From a virus (Duplodnaviria > Heunggongvirae > Uroviricota > Caudoviricetes), in the IMG/VR virus record IMGVR_UViG_3300032030_000013: a DNA stretch of 64,000 nucleotides. One strand, given 5' to 3'. The notes under the pieces were generated by a model. The model ran no database searches and was not told where the DNA came from. It saw only the letters and a program-made list of their open reading frames with translations. Below, one piece after another: positions 9,784 to 20,092 of this stretch (position 1 is its first letter; every line of letters starts with the position of its first letter). A program made the translations under genes and the position numbers.

Positions 9784-11118
9784 TTATCTTCCAAAAATTT
9801 CATGTAACTTAATATCATCCATCTGTCTTACTGCATATGTAGTATAAGGCTCAGTATGAGTAATTCTACCTAATGCATTTGCTTCAGTATAGAATCTTCC
9901 TCCATAATATTTATCTACATAATTACATATCTTTTTTAACTGAATATCTGTTGGAATATATGGATAAGGATAATCTGGTGTTGGTTCTTCATCTCTTCTT
10001 CCAATAAATGATCCATAACAGTCATTATGATGAATCTTTACCCAGCCATGTTTCTCAAGCCAATAATCAGGAGATTCAATACCACCGAAAGAAGACACAC
10101 CATCTTTCATCATCTTAATAGCATATTTATTTGCTGATGAATTAAAGATCTGTTCTGCTAAATTCATATGAATCATTGTAGACGTCTCACCATCAGCTCC
10201 ATAGAATTCACCATCTGGAGAAAGCCAACCTGCGTCATATCCATCCATGATATCCTTTTCAATAATGCCATTCTTTGCAAATTCTTTTCCAAAATGAGTC
10301 TTAATAAGATCATCAGAAAGTTTTTCTTTATAATCGTAAAGACCTGTGTTGCAAAGTGGATGATAATAACCCTTTGATGTATCTGAGAACTTCCAAAGAA
10401 TCTCTACAGCCATTTCAATCATATGCTCGACACGAGAAGGATGATTAATAAATCCATTCTCAATAAGGAACATATATGTTTTTTCAAATTTAATATAGTC
10501 CTTATGAAGAATTCTAATCAATTTATTATAATGTACAGTATAATATAGAATTTTTTCCCACTTTGATAAATCTTTACCTTCTCCATATTGCATTCTATTC
10601 TCAATATGCTCCCAAACTGAAGTAGGATTTGAATTTCCTCGGTCACAAATCTTACAATCAGGAGAACCGATAATACGAGCTGCAATAGTATGCTTACCAA
10701 TAATTTTAAGGTCATCATCATTGAAATAACGTTTCATCATTTCAATAATAGAATAATTTTCAATATCACCATTATACAGCTTCATAAAATCATTGGCTGT
10801 CTTATGAATATTTGTAATGATTTCTAAAAGATCTTTAATTCTATTACAAATGATAAGCTCCCAATCAAGAATATTATGAGCATTATCAATACGGAGACTT
10901 TCATCATCACAAAGAGAAACACCTTCACCATCTTCATCAGTAACGACAACTGCCTGGTTCTTAAGAATCATAAGCGCATGTTCATTTGTCATACCAAATG
11001 CCTGCGGATATATTGACATTGCATATTCAACATTTCCCTTTGAAATATTTGTCTGTGCAATTTCAAGTAACTGTTCACCAATTAATGGTCCAACCTTCAT
11101 GTGTAATGTTTCTTCCAT
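9784..11118 (-). CDS. Hypothetical protein with GWLSPDGEFY motif
   Basis: 444-aa ORF; C-terminal GWLSPDG..H...A and GWVKIH motifs recur in phage proteins of unknown function. Confidence 0.7.
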   Translation of the reverse strand: MEETLHMKVGPLIGEQLLEIAQTNISKGNVEYAMSIYPQAFGMTNEHALMILKNQAVVVTDEDGEGVSLCDDESLRIDNAHNILDWELIICNRIKDLLEIITNIHKTANDFMKLYNGDIENYSIIEMMKRYFNDDDLKIIGKHTIAARIIGSPDCKICDRGNSNPTSVWEHIENRMQYGEGKDLSKWEKILYYTVHYNKLIRILHKDYIKFEKTYMFLIENGFINHPSRVEHMIEMAVEILWKFSDTSKGYYHPLCNTGLYDYKEKLSDDLIKTHFGKEFAKNGIIEKDIMDGYDAGWLSPDGEFYGADGETSTMIHMNLAEQIFNSSANKYAIKMMKDGVSSFGGIESPDYWLEKHGWVKIHHNDCYGSFIGRRDEEPTPDYPYPYIPTDIQLKKICNYVDKYYGGRFYTEANALGRITHTEPYTTYAVRQMDDIKLHEIFGR

Positions 11119-11147
11119 TATATTTATTTGTTTGATTTTACAAATAT

Positions 11148-11175
11148 AATATAGTATTTTTTATATAATATTCAA
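11148..11175 (-). promoter_or_regulatory. Putative phage promoter
   Basis: TTGAAT-N16-TATATT. Confidence 0.6.
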
Positions 11176-11184
11176 TTTTTATAA

Positions 11185-11595
11185 TTAATAAATGTATTCA
11201 GTTCTATAATGAGGATAGAAAATTTCTTTTACTTTAAGATTGTCCCCAACATTAAAATGATTATAATATTCACTTCCACTTTCTTCTACATTTTTCCCAT
11301 TATATTTAAATGTAGTATAATAATTTGTTACGGGATGACCTCCTTTACCAGGAACCCCAACAAATCTATGACTTTTGCGTTTGTTTACAACTACACAATC
11401 ATAAATAATTGGCTTATGATATTTGTAAATGGCAGAATCATTATTATATAATGTATATTCTTTATAATAAAGATATTCAGTATCTTCCTTGACTAAAACA
11501 TCCTTATTTTGAACTATACAACCAATTATCAAATATATAATTATACCAATACAAATTGTAATTAAACTTCCAAATACAAAATTTGTTTTATTCAT
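11185..11595 (-). CDS. Membrane-anchored hypothetical protein
   Basis: N-terminal TM plus beta domain; architecture like 3984..4343. Confidence 0.6.
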   Translation of the reverse strand: MNKTNFVFGSLITICIGIIIYLIIGCIVQNKDVLVKEDTEYLYYKEYTLYNNDSAIYKYHKPIIYDCVVVNKRKSHRFVGVPGKGGHPVTNYYTTFKYNGKNVEESGSEYYNHFNVGDNLKVKEIFYPHYRTEYIY

Positions 11596-11597
11596 AT

Positions 11598-11912
11598 TTA
11601 ATCCAAATTAAATAAATCTTTATATTGCTTATATGTTAAGAAATGCCCAGGAATTAAATAATCATAAATATATCTTTCTTTAGCATTATACTTTTTTGAT
11701 CCAATCTTAATTGCCTGTCTGAATTCATATTGTATAATCCAATTAAAGATTTTAAACTGACAATACCATAATGATGTTTTGTCTTTATAATCTTTTTGAT
11801 TGATCTTAAACATATGGGATTGCAAAGAATCAAATGTATGATTAAAGTTTTTAATCCAAAGATTAATCAATACATCTTTTTTAAGTTTTTTATTTAAGAT
11901 TCTTCGTTTCAT
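11598..11912 (-). CDS. Hypothetical protein
   Basis: 104-aa ORF. Confidence 0.5.
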   Translation of the reverse strand: MKRRILNKKLKKDVLINLWIKNFNHTFDSLQSHMFKINQKDYKDKTSLWYCQFKIFNWIIQYEFRQAIKIGSKKYNAKERYIYDYLIPGHFLTYKQYKDLFNLD

Positions 11913-12166
11913 TATATATGCTTTCTAATATATTCCAAAACACTATCAACTTGTCGAACTCCTTTATCATTAATATCGTAACCGTATTGTGGTGGGTAAC
12001 CATTAGGATTACGATTAATCCATGGAGTATGCTTTAATCTTTCATTCCGTAAAAGAGTTAGACCTTGCTCAATAATTTTAAGATCAAAACCACAAAAATT
12101 CATATTGAATCTATCAGAATTATTCAATTTAGAAATAGTCTTATCTATTACAAATACATCATTCAT
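11912..12166 (-). CDS. Hypothetical protein
   Basis: 84-aa ORF, coupled. Confidence 0.55.
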   Translation of the reverse strand: MNDVFVIDKTISKLNNSDRFNMNFCGFDLKIIEQGLTLLRNERLKHTPWINRNPNGYPPQYGYDINDKGVRQVDSVLEYIRKHI

Positions 12167-12181
12167 TATTTTATAAATTTA

Positions 12182-12469
12182 TTAATCTTTAAGATTGATT
12201 TTTTCAACAGTTTCAATTGTATAATTATTTACCTTATCACGGATTTTATGATATTTATGAATAAAGTTTTCTGCCTCTTTAATACTATTATATGCTACAT
12301 CTATACTACTAACAAATTTAGAGGCATCATGATACATTTCTGCAGTTTTCAATTGTGACCAAAAAAACCACAAGACTCTTTTGTATGGTTTAAACTTCAC
12401 CTGTTCAGTAAAATCACCATTATTATTAATACCATAAAATGTTTTCTTTGTAATTTTATAATGCTTCAT
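12182..12469 (-). CDS. Hypothetical protein
   Basis: 95-aa ORF. Confidence 0.55.
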   Translation of the reverse strand: MKHYKITKKTFYGINNNGDFTEQVKFKPYKRVLWFFWSQLKTAEMYHDASKFVSSIDVAYNSIKEAENFIHKYHKIRDKVNNYTIETVEKINLKD

Positions 12470-12532
12470 ATTAATTTATTTAATATTTAACTAATTCCTT
12501 AATAAGTTCTTTAATAGTCATATATTGTATTT

Positions 12533-12715
12533 TTATAATCCTAATGCAATTAAGAAAGCTATAATTAAGAAAACCCAAAAACAGCATCCTAAACAGTTTC
12601 CAATTCCACCAAGAAGCCACTCAAAAATGGCCCAAAGAACACCAATTACTTTACCAAGTAAACCGAAAATGATTACACAAATGATAATCAAAACAATTAA
12701 TCCTATAATCTCCAT
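12533..12715 (-). CDS. Small Gly-rich membrane protein
   Basis: Almost entirely hydrophobic 60 aa (2-3 TM); directly after the promoter motif. Confidence 0.6.
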   Translation of the reverse strand: MEIIGLIVLIIICVIIFGLLGKVIGVLWAIFEWLLGGIGNCLGCCFWVFLIIAFLIALGL

Positions 12716-12739
12716 AATGTTCTATTTTATTTATTTATA

Positions 12740-12767
12740 AAAATAGAATAATATTTAAAAAATTCAA
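12740..12767 (-). promoter_or_regulatory. Putative phage promoter
   Basis: TTGAAT-N16-TATTTT. Confidence 0.6.
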
Positions 12768-12777
12768 ACAATATAAA

Positions 12778-12807
12778 AAATGTTCCCTAATTAATTAGAG
12801 AACATTT
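12778..12807 (-). terminator. Terminator hairpin
   Basis: 30-bp near-perfect palindrome (one G.U pair on the minus strand) at the stop of 12806. Confidence 0.6.
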
Positions 12808-13459
12808 ATAAGTTATATTTATTTAATAGTGGCGTTAAATATTTAGAAATTTCTTCTGCATAAGGTTTCCATTTATCTTTATTGATTTCATATTCAAGAG
12901 TTTCACGTGCATCAAGTTGTGCTTCCTGTTTAGATAATCCACAGCATTCCCAATCAATCATTAATGCAGGCCAATCAATTTTACCCCAGCCGTTTTTAAG
13001 TCCATATTCAAGATGATGTCTATTGTGAGTACGATGCCACTTCTGAACTTTTTTATAATCGCCTTTCCATAATACCTTAAGCCAAGGTTTTTCAATATCA
13101 TGAAGCAGATATTTAGGTTTCCATATTCCAAGATTAAGAGCAGTTATCTGAAATCCGCACCAATGAGCAAACCAATATTTGAATGAACTACGATCTTTCT
13201 TAGTAAACATATCAAATGTCTTATATACTTTCAAAAGATCATCATAAGTCTTATAATATTCAAATTCAAATTGATTAAGTTTATCATTAACATGAACAAC
13301 CATATATGCGAAATTCTTGTGATTTGCTTCATATTCATTTTTGAAGAATTCATTAATATCATATTGCTCATCATAAGATAATGTACCTTTCAAATTATAA
13401 ACATATACTTTATAGATACGTTCATTTAATGATAATCGTTTCTTTAATGCAGTTTTCAT
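12806..13459 (-). CDS. HD-like His-rich protein (DUF5662-like)
   Basis: HDIEK, H..HNRHH.EY and MIDW motifs. Confidence 0.55.
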   Translation of the reverse strand: MKTALKKRLSLNERIYKVYVYNLKGTLSYDEQYDINEFFKNEYEANHKNFAYMVVHVNDKLNQFEFEYYKTYDDLLKVYKTFDMFTKKDRSSFKYWFAHWCGFQITALNLGIWKPKYLLHDIEKPWLKVLWKGDYKKVQKWHRTHNRHHLEYGLKNGWGKIDWPALMIDWECCGLSKQEAQLDARETLEYEINKDKWKPYAEEISKYLTPLLNKYNL

Positions 13460-13815
13460 TTTTTATTCCACTTATCAAATTCATTAAAATATATTGGCTT
13501 AGTTATTTTTTCATAATAACCTGACTTATCTGATACATGTTCTTTTAATTGATTACAAAGAATATCCCATTCTTTCCATTTTTTATATTCATCCATATAC
13601 ATATCAGATATTTCTTTAGAATATCTTTCATCGTAATCTCCACATGTATCTGGAGTTTCCATTGTATTATCAATATCTACGTTAAAGAATATATTATCAG
13701 CAAATCCAAACTGATGTATTGTCATATCTGCTGTACAACAATAATCACCATCCCAAAATGAGAAATACGAGCAATTTAAACAGCATTCTTTATCACAAAA
13801 ATTTTTCATAATCAC
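13456..13815 (-). CDS. Hypothetical Cys-rich protein
   Basis: CC..C......YC...C motif. Confidence 0.55.
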   Translation of the reverse strand: MIMKNFCDKECCLNCSYFSFWDGDYCCTADMTIHQFGFADNIFFNVDIDNTMETPDTCGDYDERYSKEISDMYMDEYKKWKEWDILCNQLKEHVSDKSGYYEKITKPIYFNEFDKWNKK

Positions 13816-13920
13816 TTTTTAAATATTTCTTTGCATATATCCTGAATTAATGTACCTTCATCTTCATCATCAAAATATTCAGGCATATTATAGAACTTCT
13901 GTAGTCTTTGAACCATTTCG

Positions 13921-14700
13921 TCAGTTAATTGTATTGTCTTCATCGTAATAGTTATGTAATTTTAAATAATTATATGTAGCAGTTGCTAATGCTAATTCCT
14001 TTTCATCTAAGTCCATCATACCCATCTTCTTAAGAAATGATGGTAATGATAATGTAATATTTGAATTTGTTGCTCCTTTTACACCAAACATAAATGTACT
14101 TAAATCATTCCAATCATATTTTCTTAGATTGATTGCATATATAGTTGGCATAAATATTACATCTTCTATTCCACCGTTATCATTATAGTACATATAAAGT
14201 ATAAATGATCTATAGAATGGATTATGTTCACCTTTATAATGCTTCCAAATATTTTCAGCAGCTTCCTTAATCTGTCCACACCCATTATTATAATCAATAA
14301 CAGGATTATCTGTATCATTAGACTTTCGTGGGATATATGCTACACATTTAGCATCCACATAAATATTTTCATATGAACCTAAATTAATAATATAATCAGG
14401 ATATTGCATAGCCCCATTAGGTTCTGCGTCTACATTAAAATAACGTGCAGCATATTCTTCTGCTAATTTTGCAATCTGGTCATTAAAGATAGATAATGTT
14501 CCACGAGACTTATAAAATCTTGCATACTCTCCTATATATTCATTTAAGAAACTTTTAAGATTATGCTCATGTTCTAGAAGAATATTATATACTTCCCAAT
14601 TATAATACTTATTACAAAATTCCTCTAGAATCTGATGTGCTCTATATTTTCTTTCACCAAAAATATTTGAGTACTCATTTATATCCCATTTATACTTCAT
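13921..14700 (-). CDS. PD-(D/E)xK restriction-endonuclease-like protein
   Basis: QYPDY-x10-VDAK, similar in layout to the EcoRV-type YPDF..IDIK core. Confidence 0.55.
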   Translation of the reverse strand: MKYKWDINEYSNIFGERKYRAHQILEEFCNKYYNWEVYNILLEHEHNLKSFLNEYIGEYARFYKSRGTLSIFNDQIAKLAEEYAARYFNVDAEPNGAMQYPDYIINLGSYENIYVDAKCVAYIPRKSNDTDNPVIDYNNGCGQIKEAAENIWKHYKGEHNPFYRSFILYMYYNDNGGIEDVIFMPTIYAINLRKYDWNDLSTFMFGVKGATNSNITLSLPSFLKKMGMMDLDEKELALATATYNYLKLHNYYDEDNTIN

Positions 14701-14705
14701 ATAAT

Positions 14706-14735
14706 AATATAGTTACAATTTAAATAATATTACAA
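14706..14735 (-). promoter_or_regulatory. Putative promoter of the endonuclease-like gene
   Basis: TTGTAA-N18-TATATT. Confidence 0.4.
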
Positions 14736-14773
14736 ATTCACAAGTAAATTTATAAACTTGTTATATTCAATTA

Positions 14774-15211
14774 TTATCTATCTTCAAAAATTTTAATATA
14801 TGAAAAACTATCTCTAATTGCTTTTAGCAAATTCTCTTCGTTGATGATCATTCCTTGTTCAGTCATTTCAATTCGTGTATTATTGGGTCGTCCAACATTA
14901 TAATTGATGCCAACTCTATTCAAGTTATTGTAAAATGTTAATGTTGGATAATATGCATAAATTCCATGATCTCCCCAAATGCATCCATTATCTGGTTCAA
15001 ATATTCCAAGTTCAATATGATTATGTCCATAAACATTCATAATAACCTTATCTTCATAATTATCTTTTGAAGATACCTCTATGCAAATATTTGAATTTAA
15101 CAAATAGACGCGATCCCATGTATTTTCTGGTCTAAATGCATCAGCCCAGTTTTCCCAATATTCATGGAGCTCTTCATTAGTCATCTTTGTTTTGAATATT
15201 GCTTGCCTCAT
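14774..15211 (-). CDS. Hypothetical protein
   Basis: 145-aa ORF. Confidence 0.6.
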   Translation of the reverse strand: MRQAIFKTKMTNEELHEYWENWADAFRPENTWDRVYLLNSNICIEVSSKDNYEDKVIMNVYGHNHIELGIFEPDNGCIWGDHGIYAYYPTLTFYNNLNRVGINYNVGRPNNTRIEMTEQGMIINEENLLKAIRDSFSYIKIFEDR

Positions 15212-15333
15212 ATTATCTAAAATAAATATTACATAATGTATAATATATAAATTCAGCTAACTTATCATTATGATTATTAATATATGTACCTAATCTTGAT
15301 ATAAATTTTCTTGTACGAATACTTGGTTTCATA

Positions 15334-15585
15334 TCATTCGAATTCTCTTCGTAAATCATTTATAAAATCACCAGTTGCATAATATCCTAAAGTATCTTCT
15401 AATCTAGGAATTAAGTATTCACAAATTTCATCGAGTGATACCATTTTAGGACCTGGTTCAAATTCTAGTTCATCTTCATCATATATTTCTTTGATTTTAC
15501 TATTACAATCAAATACTGCATATGAAGGTGATCCCCAATATTTGACATCTACGATTTCACCAGTTTCAATTACTTTTGCTTTCAT
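15334..15585 (-). CDS. Hypothetical protein
   Basis: MKAKVIETGEIVDV start typical of Bacteroidota-phage small proteins. Confidence 0.6.
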   Translation of the reverse strand: MKAKVIETGEIVDVKYWGSPSYAVFDCNSKIKEIYDEDELEFEPGPKMVSLDEICEYLIPRLEDTLGYYATGDFINDLRREFE

Positions 15586-15607
15586 ATTTTATATTTATTT
15601 GATTATA

Positions 15608-15635
15608 AATATAGTATATTATATTAAAAATTCAA
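15608..15635 (-). promoter_or_regulatory. Putative phage promoter
   Basis: TTGAAT-N16-TATATT. Confidence 0.6.
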
Positions 15636-15660
15636 TATTATTTAAAATTCTTAATATATT

Positions 15661-17556
15661 TTAATATAATCTAATTTCAATTCCCTTTTCACGAGCTTTC
15701 TTCATCTTACCAGTATTTGAATCAAGAGAATTAGTAAACACAATCTGTACTTCTTTCCAAGATCCAGTGTTTCTATATTCTGGATGGCATGCAAGGAACT
15801 CGCCTTTTGATTTGTAATCATTAGGTTCACCAGTCATAATAATAGGAATCTGATTTGAAGTAGCTTTCTTAATCTCCTCATGAACTGCTTTAAAATCTTC
15901 TACAGATTTTCCAATTGAATTCAGAACATTAAGAACAGTTTTATATTCATTAGATTCTTTATTCATTACCCAAGAATAACCTTCTGTTGCAAGATGCTCA
16001 AAATCTGCATCTCCAGTAAGCATATATGTAGCACATTGGTCAGCAACCTTATTTCCACATAACTTAAAATTACATGACTTAATTACATCAGTAAGAGTAA
16101 GTGATTTGATAGTCTCATCAAATGATTTCTTTGCTTTATCTCCAGCCTTGCCTGAGCCTGTACCGAAATAGATTTCTTCCTTAGTGCATTCCAAAATATT
16201 GTGCGGGAGTTTTACTTCCTTAGATTCTCCAAAGAACTCATCTGTCATAGGATCATTAAATGAAATGTAATCAAAAATCTTACGAGCAGTTTCAACTCCA
16301 ATATTTGGAATATTGAGAGTCTGTGCAGAATTTACAAACATCAGTCTTGCATGTTCCTTTTCAGTAAGAACTGCCATCAAGTGAATATCATCTACATAAG
16401 TCTCGCCTTCAGGCATTGGAATTTCTCCATCATTAGTCTGTGTAACTTTATAAAGGAAAGGAATAATATCACCAGCAAGCGACATAATAACCTTTGAACC
16501 AATAGTTACACCCTTTGATTTAAGATAACCAAAATTATGACCTGAGCATTTCTGAACATCTCGACCATCCATATTGACTGGATTAACCCAAATAATCGGA
16601 GTATATTCTCCAGTCTTTCCAAGATTCCACGTAATGTTTACAACCTCTGTCTCCTCAAGCATTGGAATGAACTTAATTGCAACACAGTCAGATGGACGAT
16701 GCTCAGTTGTATTATTAATTCGGAAATCTTCAGTTGGCTTAATAACGATACCATCAAGAGCATATGGGCAATTGTGACGATATTCAGCAAACTCATTATA
16801 GATATTTGCAAATTCATTTTCATTCAAGATATAACGAGTCTTGAAGAATTGTGGAGTAACACCCAAATGATAATCAGCTTCAGACATCAGAACATTAAGT
16901 TTAGTCCACTCACGATCTTTAACAATTCCCCCGCTAATTTGACGCCAGTCATAGATAACAATTGACAGATCATTTCGCATTGAATAGAAATCTTCATCTT
17001 CAGAATAATCTCTATTTAATACACCAGATACGAATGAACGTGGATTTGTAAATTGTTCTCCGTACTTTTCAGCATATGTTTTCTTATTTACAAGAACTTC
17101 TCCACGAAAAACATTATGACCTGGAATTTGATATAAAGATTCAGGAATAAATCGTACAAGATGAAGAGTAAGATCCTTTCCATATTCTCCATCACCACGA
17201 GAAGATATCTGTATTAACTTACCATCTTTAATCTCACATTCAAATGAACATCCATCAAATTTAGGAGTAATAATAACCTCGTGCTTACCAAAATATTTAG
17301 CAGCCTCAGTAAAATATTTCTTCCAATCAATATTTCCTTCCTTATCCTTATGAATCTGTACCTTTGAAAGTGAACCCATAACGAATGGATGTTTCTGAGT
17401 GTAAGAAGGATTATGACGAGCACCAACCTGGGCTTTATTCTCCAGTCCAAGTTCCTTTTCAAGTGCATCAAATTCGTAGTCAGTCATAATCTCCTGACCA
17501 TTATAATAAGCTTCCTTAGCTTTATAATACAGATTAAGTTTATCTTCTCTTGTCAT
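15661..17556 (-). CDS. ligA: NAD-dependent DNA ligase
   Basis: Domain Ia YYNG..TDYEFD, adenylation KFDG, RGDG, RGE, DGIVIK, AIKF, OB fold, BRCT-like tail. Confidence 0.93.
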   Translation of the reverse strand: MTREDKLNLYYKAKEAYYNGQEIMTDYEFDALEKELGLENKAQVGARHNPSYTQKHPFVMGSLSKVQIHKDKEGNIDWKKYFTEAAKYFGKHEVIITPKFDGCSFECEIKDGKLIQISSRGDGEYGKDLTLHLVRFIPESLYQIPGHNVFRGEVLVNKKTYAEKYGEQFTNPRSFVSGVLNRDYSEDEDFYSMRNDLSIVIYDWRQISGGIVKDREWTKLNVLMSEADYHLGVTPQFFKTRYILNENEFANIYNEFAEYRHNCPYALDGIVIKPTEDFRINNTTEHRPSDCVAIKFIPMLEETEVVNITWNLGKTGEYTPIIWVNPVNMDGRDVQKCSGHNFGYLKSKGVTIGSKVIMSLAGDIIPFLYKVTQTNDGEIPMPEGETYVDDIHLMAVLTEKEHARLMFVNSAQTLNIPNIGVETARKIFDYISFNDPMTDEFFGESKEVKLPHNILECTKEEIYFGTGSGKAGDKAKKSFDETIKSLTLTDVIKSCNFKLCGNKVADQCATYMLTGDADFEHLATEGYSWVMNKESNEYKTVLNVLNSIGKSVEDFKAVHEEIKKATSNQIPIIMTGEPNDYKSKGEFLACHPEYRNTGSWKEVQIVFTNSLDSNTGKMKKAREKGIEIRLY

Positions 17557-17557
17557 A

Positions 17558-17779
17558 TTATATGCATTTGTTATTATCTACAAAATTTATTTGTAATGTT
17601 TTATTATTTAGATCAATATAATAATGATTAGTTTCCATAGGAATAGGATCTCCTGATACATTATCAATTTCTCCACAAATTACATCATAAACTAATTCAT
17701 TATTCATTACAATAAAATCACCAGCATTGTTTTCATCTCGTAATTTTATAAGATTATTTATATATTCATTCAGTGTCAT
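17558..17779 (-). CDS. Hypothetical protein
   Basis: 73-aa ORF. Confidence 0.55.
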   Translation of the reverse strand: MTLNEYINNLIKLRDENNAGDFIVMNNELVYDVICGEIDNVSGDPIPMETNHYYIDLNNKTLQINFVDNNKCI

Positions 17780-17839
17780 ATTATATATTTTTTTAATTAC
17801 AATATTAATTCAGTTTATTGTATTACTGAATACATAAAT

Positions 17840-17867
17840 AATATAGTAATTTTTATATAATATTCAA
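17840..17867 (-). promoter_or_regulatory. Putative phage promoter
   Basis: TTGAAT-N16-TATATT upstream of the ligase unit. Confidence 0.6.
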
Positions 17868-17930
17868 ATTTTATCCAATTAATCCTATTTTAGTTTCACA
17901 ATTTACTACTTTAATATATATCATTCATAA

Positions 17931-19370
17931 TCAATAATTTCTTTTAGTTTGTTCTTCATAAGTATCTTTATACATATGATAATAAACGGGTTCATTTGTT
18001 AATGTACTAAAACGAAGATCATATGATTCCTTAGTAACTATATAAGGACTATCACTTGGCCATTTCCACTTCTGATGACGTTCTTTAGTTTCATAATCAC
18101 ATTGTAATATATTATCTTCTTCTTTAAGTTGAATCTTAACGCCTTCAATATAATTTGTGAATCTATATGCAATACTATCAATTACTATATAATACCAATC
18201 TTTTTTGTTTTCTTCAAACCAACGTTCCTTTTCCTTTTCATAATACTCTCCATAATTTGGTATAAGATATTCATTTAATAGTTTTGTATAATATATAGGA
18301 TTGCATCTTTGGTCTTCATCAAATAAAGAACGTTCTTTAAATCCTTTATCATTTACGTAATGATATCCTTCAAAAAGATATGTATCATTATCAATAATCA
18401 ATTCTAATGGAAAGAATAATGCATCAACTGCATCTCTACGTTGTTCTTTTTCTTTATCAATTATAGCACCTTCATATCCTTCATTAACATAATATCCATT
18501 ATGCGTATAGATATGAATATATTTGTAATTATTTTTTACAAATTCACGGTATTCATTCCATTCTTTAATATATTTTTCAGGATTCTTTTTAATCTTATCA
18601 TATAATTTATCAAAACGTACTGCTGCTTCTCTTAAGATACTTATTAATTTGTTTTCTTCAGATTTAAGTAATGTACATTTAACAGTTTTTTTCAAAGGTG
18701 TATAAACATCTTCATATTTATTTGTTTTCTTATTTAACTCATAATCACACTGATATAATGTTAGATCAAATACTTCATTTTCATCTATTAATTTTGGATT
18801 AACATATTCCAATAATATTTTTTCACCAAACACAATATCTGAATCTTTTGTATATTGTGGATCTTTTTTATGTTCTATATCATTGGTAAAATGAAATTTA
18901 AATTTTTGTAAATATTTAAAATCTTTAATATAACTATCTTCAGAAGGCATTAATTCCCATTCATTATATCTTGGGTTCCAATAAGAAGCTTGAATTTTAT
19001 TGATATAGCATTCTGCATTGAAAACAAGCTTATAAGTTTTCAATGAACGATTAATTTCCTTTTCTAGCCATCTGTTTACAATATATTCTTCTAATTGTCT
19101 GCAATGCTTACAATATTCATCTTTATATATATTAACAATATAAGGATTAATATTGATATCTTTTAATTGATCATAACTATATAGTTTTGTTCTTAAAAAC
19201 TGATAATAAAAATTATTACATTGTTTTATAATTTGAACAGCTTTCTTATATTCACCAATAAAATATGATAAATTAGAAAAATTATTGTAATCAGATGTAC
19301 TATCTAAAAGATGAGGGATAATCTGTCCCTCATCTTTATTAATAGTATTCTTCTTACTCATATTACACAA
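17931..19370 (-). CDS. Hypothetical protein
   Basis: 479-aa Tyr-rich ORF, no recognised motif. Confidence 0.7.
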   Translation of the reverse strand: MCNMSKKNTINKDEGQIIPHLLDSTSDYNNFSNLSYFIGEYKKAVQIIKQCNNFYYQFLRTKLYSYDQLKDININPYIVNIYKDEYCKHCRQLEEYIVNRWLEKEINRSLKTYKLVFNAECYINKIQASYWNPRYNEWELMPSEDSYIKDFKYLQKFKFHFTNDIEHKKDPQYTKDSDIVFGEKILLEYVNPKLIDENEVFDLTLYQCDYELNKKTNKYEDVYTPLKKTVKCTLLKSEENKLISILREAAVRFDKLYDKIKKNPEKYIKEWNEYREFVKNNYKYIHIYTHNGYYVNEGYEGAIIDKEKEQRRDAVDALFFPLELIIDNDTYLFEGYHYVNDKGFKERSLFDEDQRCNPIYYTKLLNEYLIPNYGEYYEKEKERWFEENKKDWYYIVIDSIAYRFTNYIEGVKIQLKEEDNILQCDYETKERHQKWKWPSDSPYIVTKESYDLRFSTLTNEPVYYHMYKDTYEEQTKRNY

Positions 19371-19797
19371 GCAATTCTGCTACGGAATTCATATCCATTT
19401 CAAACTTCTCGTCCTCACCAAGATTCTTCTCAAGAATATCACGGGCCTTCTGAAGATTAGCTAATGTTTGTACATCTGCAATACGTTCTGCAGCAGTCTT
19501 CAAATCTGCATCCCACTCTTCAATTGTATATCCCAAAATCTTTGAATCTTCTCCAAGATCAATACCGAGCTTATCCAAACCAAGCCCTGTAATTGCGGCA
19601 TCATTCTTCTTTACTTGGTGATGCAAATAATTATATGTATTAATCAAAACCTTAACACCAGTAATTGCAGAAATATCCCCATATCCAGGAACTGCACGTT
19701 TTGTGTTAAATACATACTCCTTTTCACGGAGCTCATCAATCTTGTTCTTTACATTTGTCAAATTCTTTACAAGTGTCTTACGAGTAATTTTTTCCAT
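19363..19797 (-). CDS. Hypothetical helical protein
   Basis: 144-aa ORF with strong phage codon bias. Confidence 0.65.
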   Translation of the reverse strand: MEKITRKTLVKNLTNVKNKIDELREKEYVFNTKRAVPGYGDISAITGVKVLINTYNYLHHQVKKNDAAITGLGLDKLGIDLGEDSKILGYTIEEWDADLKTAAERIADVQTLANLQKARDILEKNLGEDEKFEMDMNSVAELLV

Positions 19798-19810
19798 AAT
19801 TTAATTTTAT

Positions 19811-19934
19811 TTAAAATGTTAATAACTTATTTTTAAAATATCCTATATGCCAAAGCTATCCTAATATAAATATTGTTCCAATTATAAAGTATATAATGAT
19901 CTCTTTTATTTCATCTTTTTAATTCTTGTTTCAT
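19811..19934 (-). pseudogene. Probable pseudogene of a small TM protein
   Basis: MKQELK, one extra A, then DEIKEIIIYFIIGTIFILG-TAG(19858)-LWHIGYFKNKLLTF. Confidence 0.4.
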
Positions 19935-20092
19935 TTAATACTTCCCCATTTATCTTTAATATAATATTCTTCTAACCATCTTTCATAAGATACAAATGTA
20001 GAATCTGTGGTTAAATTCCAAAGTTCAACCACATCATCCCCTGTAAATCTATAATTGAAATATTCACCTGTTGTCCAACTTCCACAAATCAT
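19931..20092 (-). CDS. Small hypothetical protein (53 aa)
   Basis: Hand-translated MICGSWTTGEYFNYRFTGDD...; ATGA-coupled at both ends. Confidence 0.5.
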   Translation of the reverse strand: MICGSWTTGEYFNYRFTGDDVVELWNLTTDSTFVSYERWLEEYYIKDKWGSIK

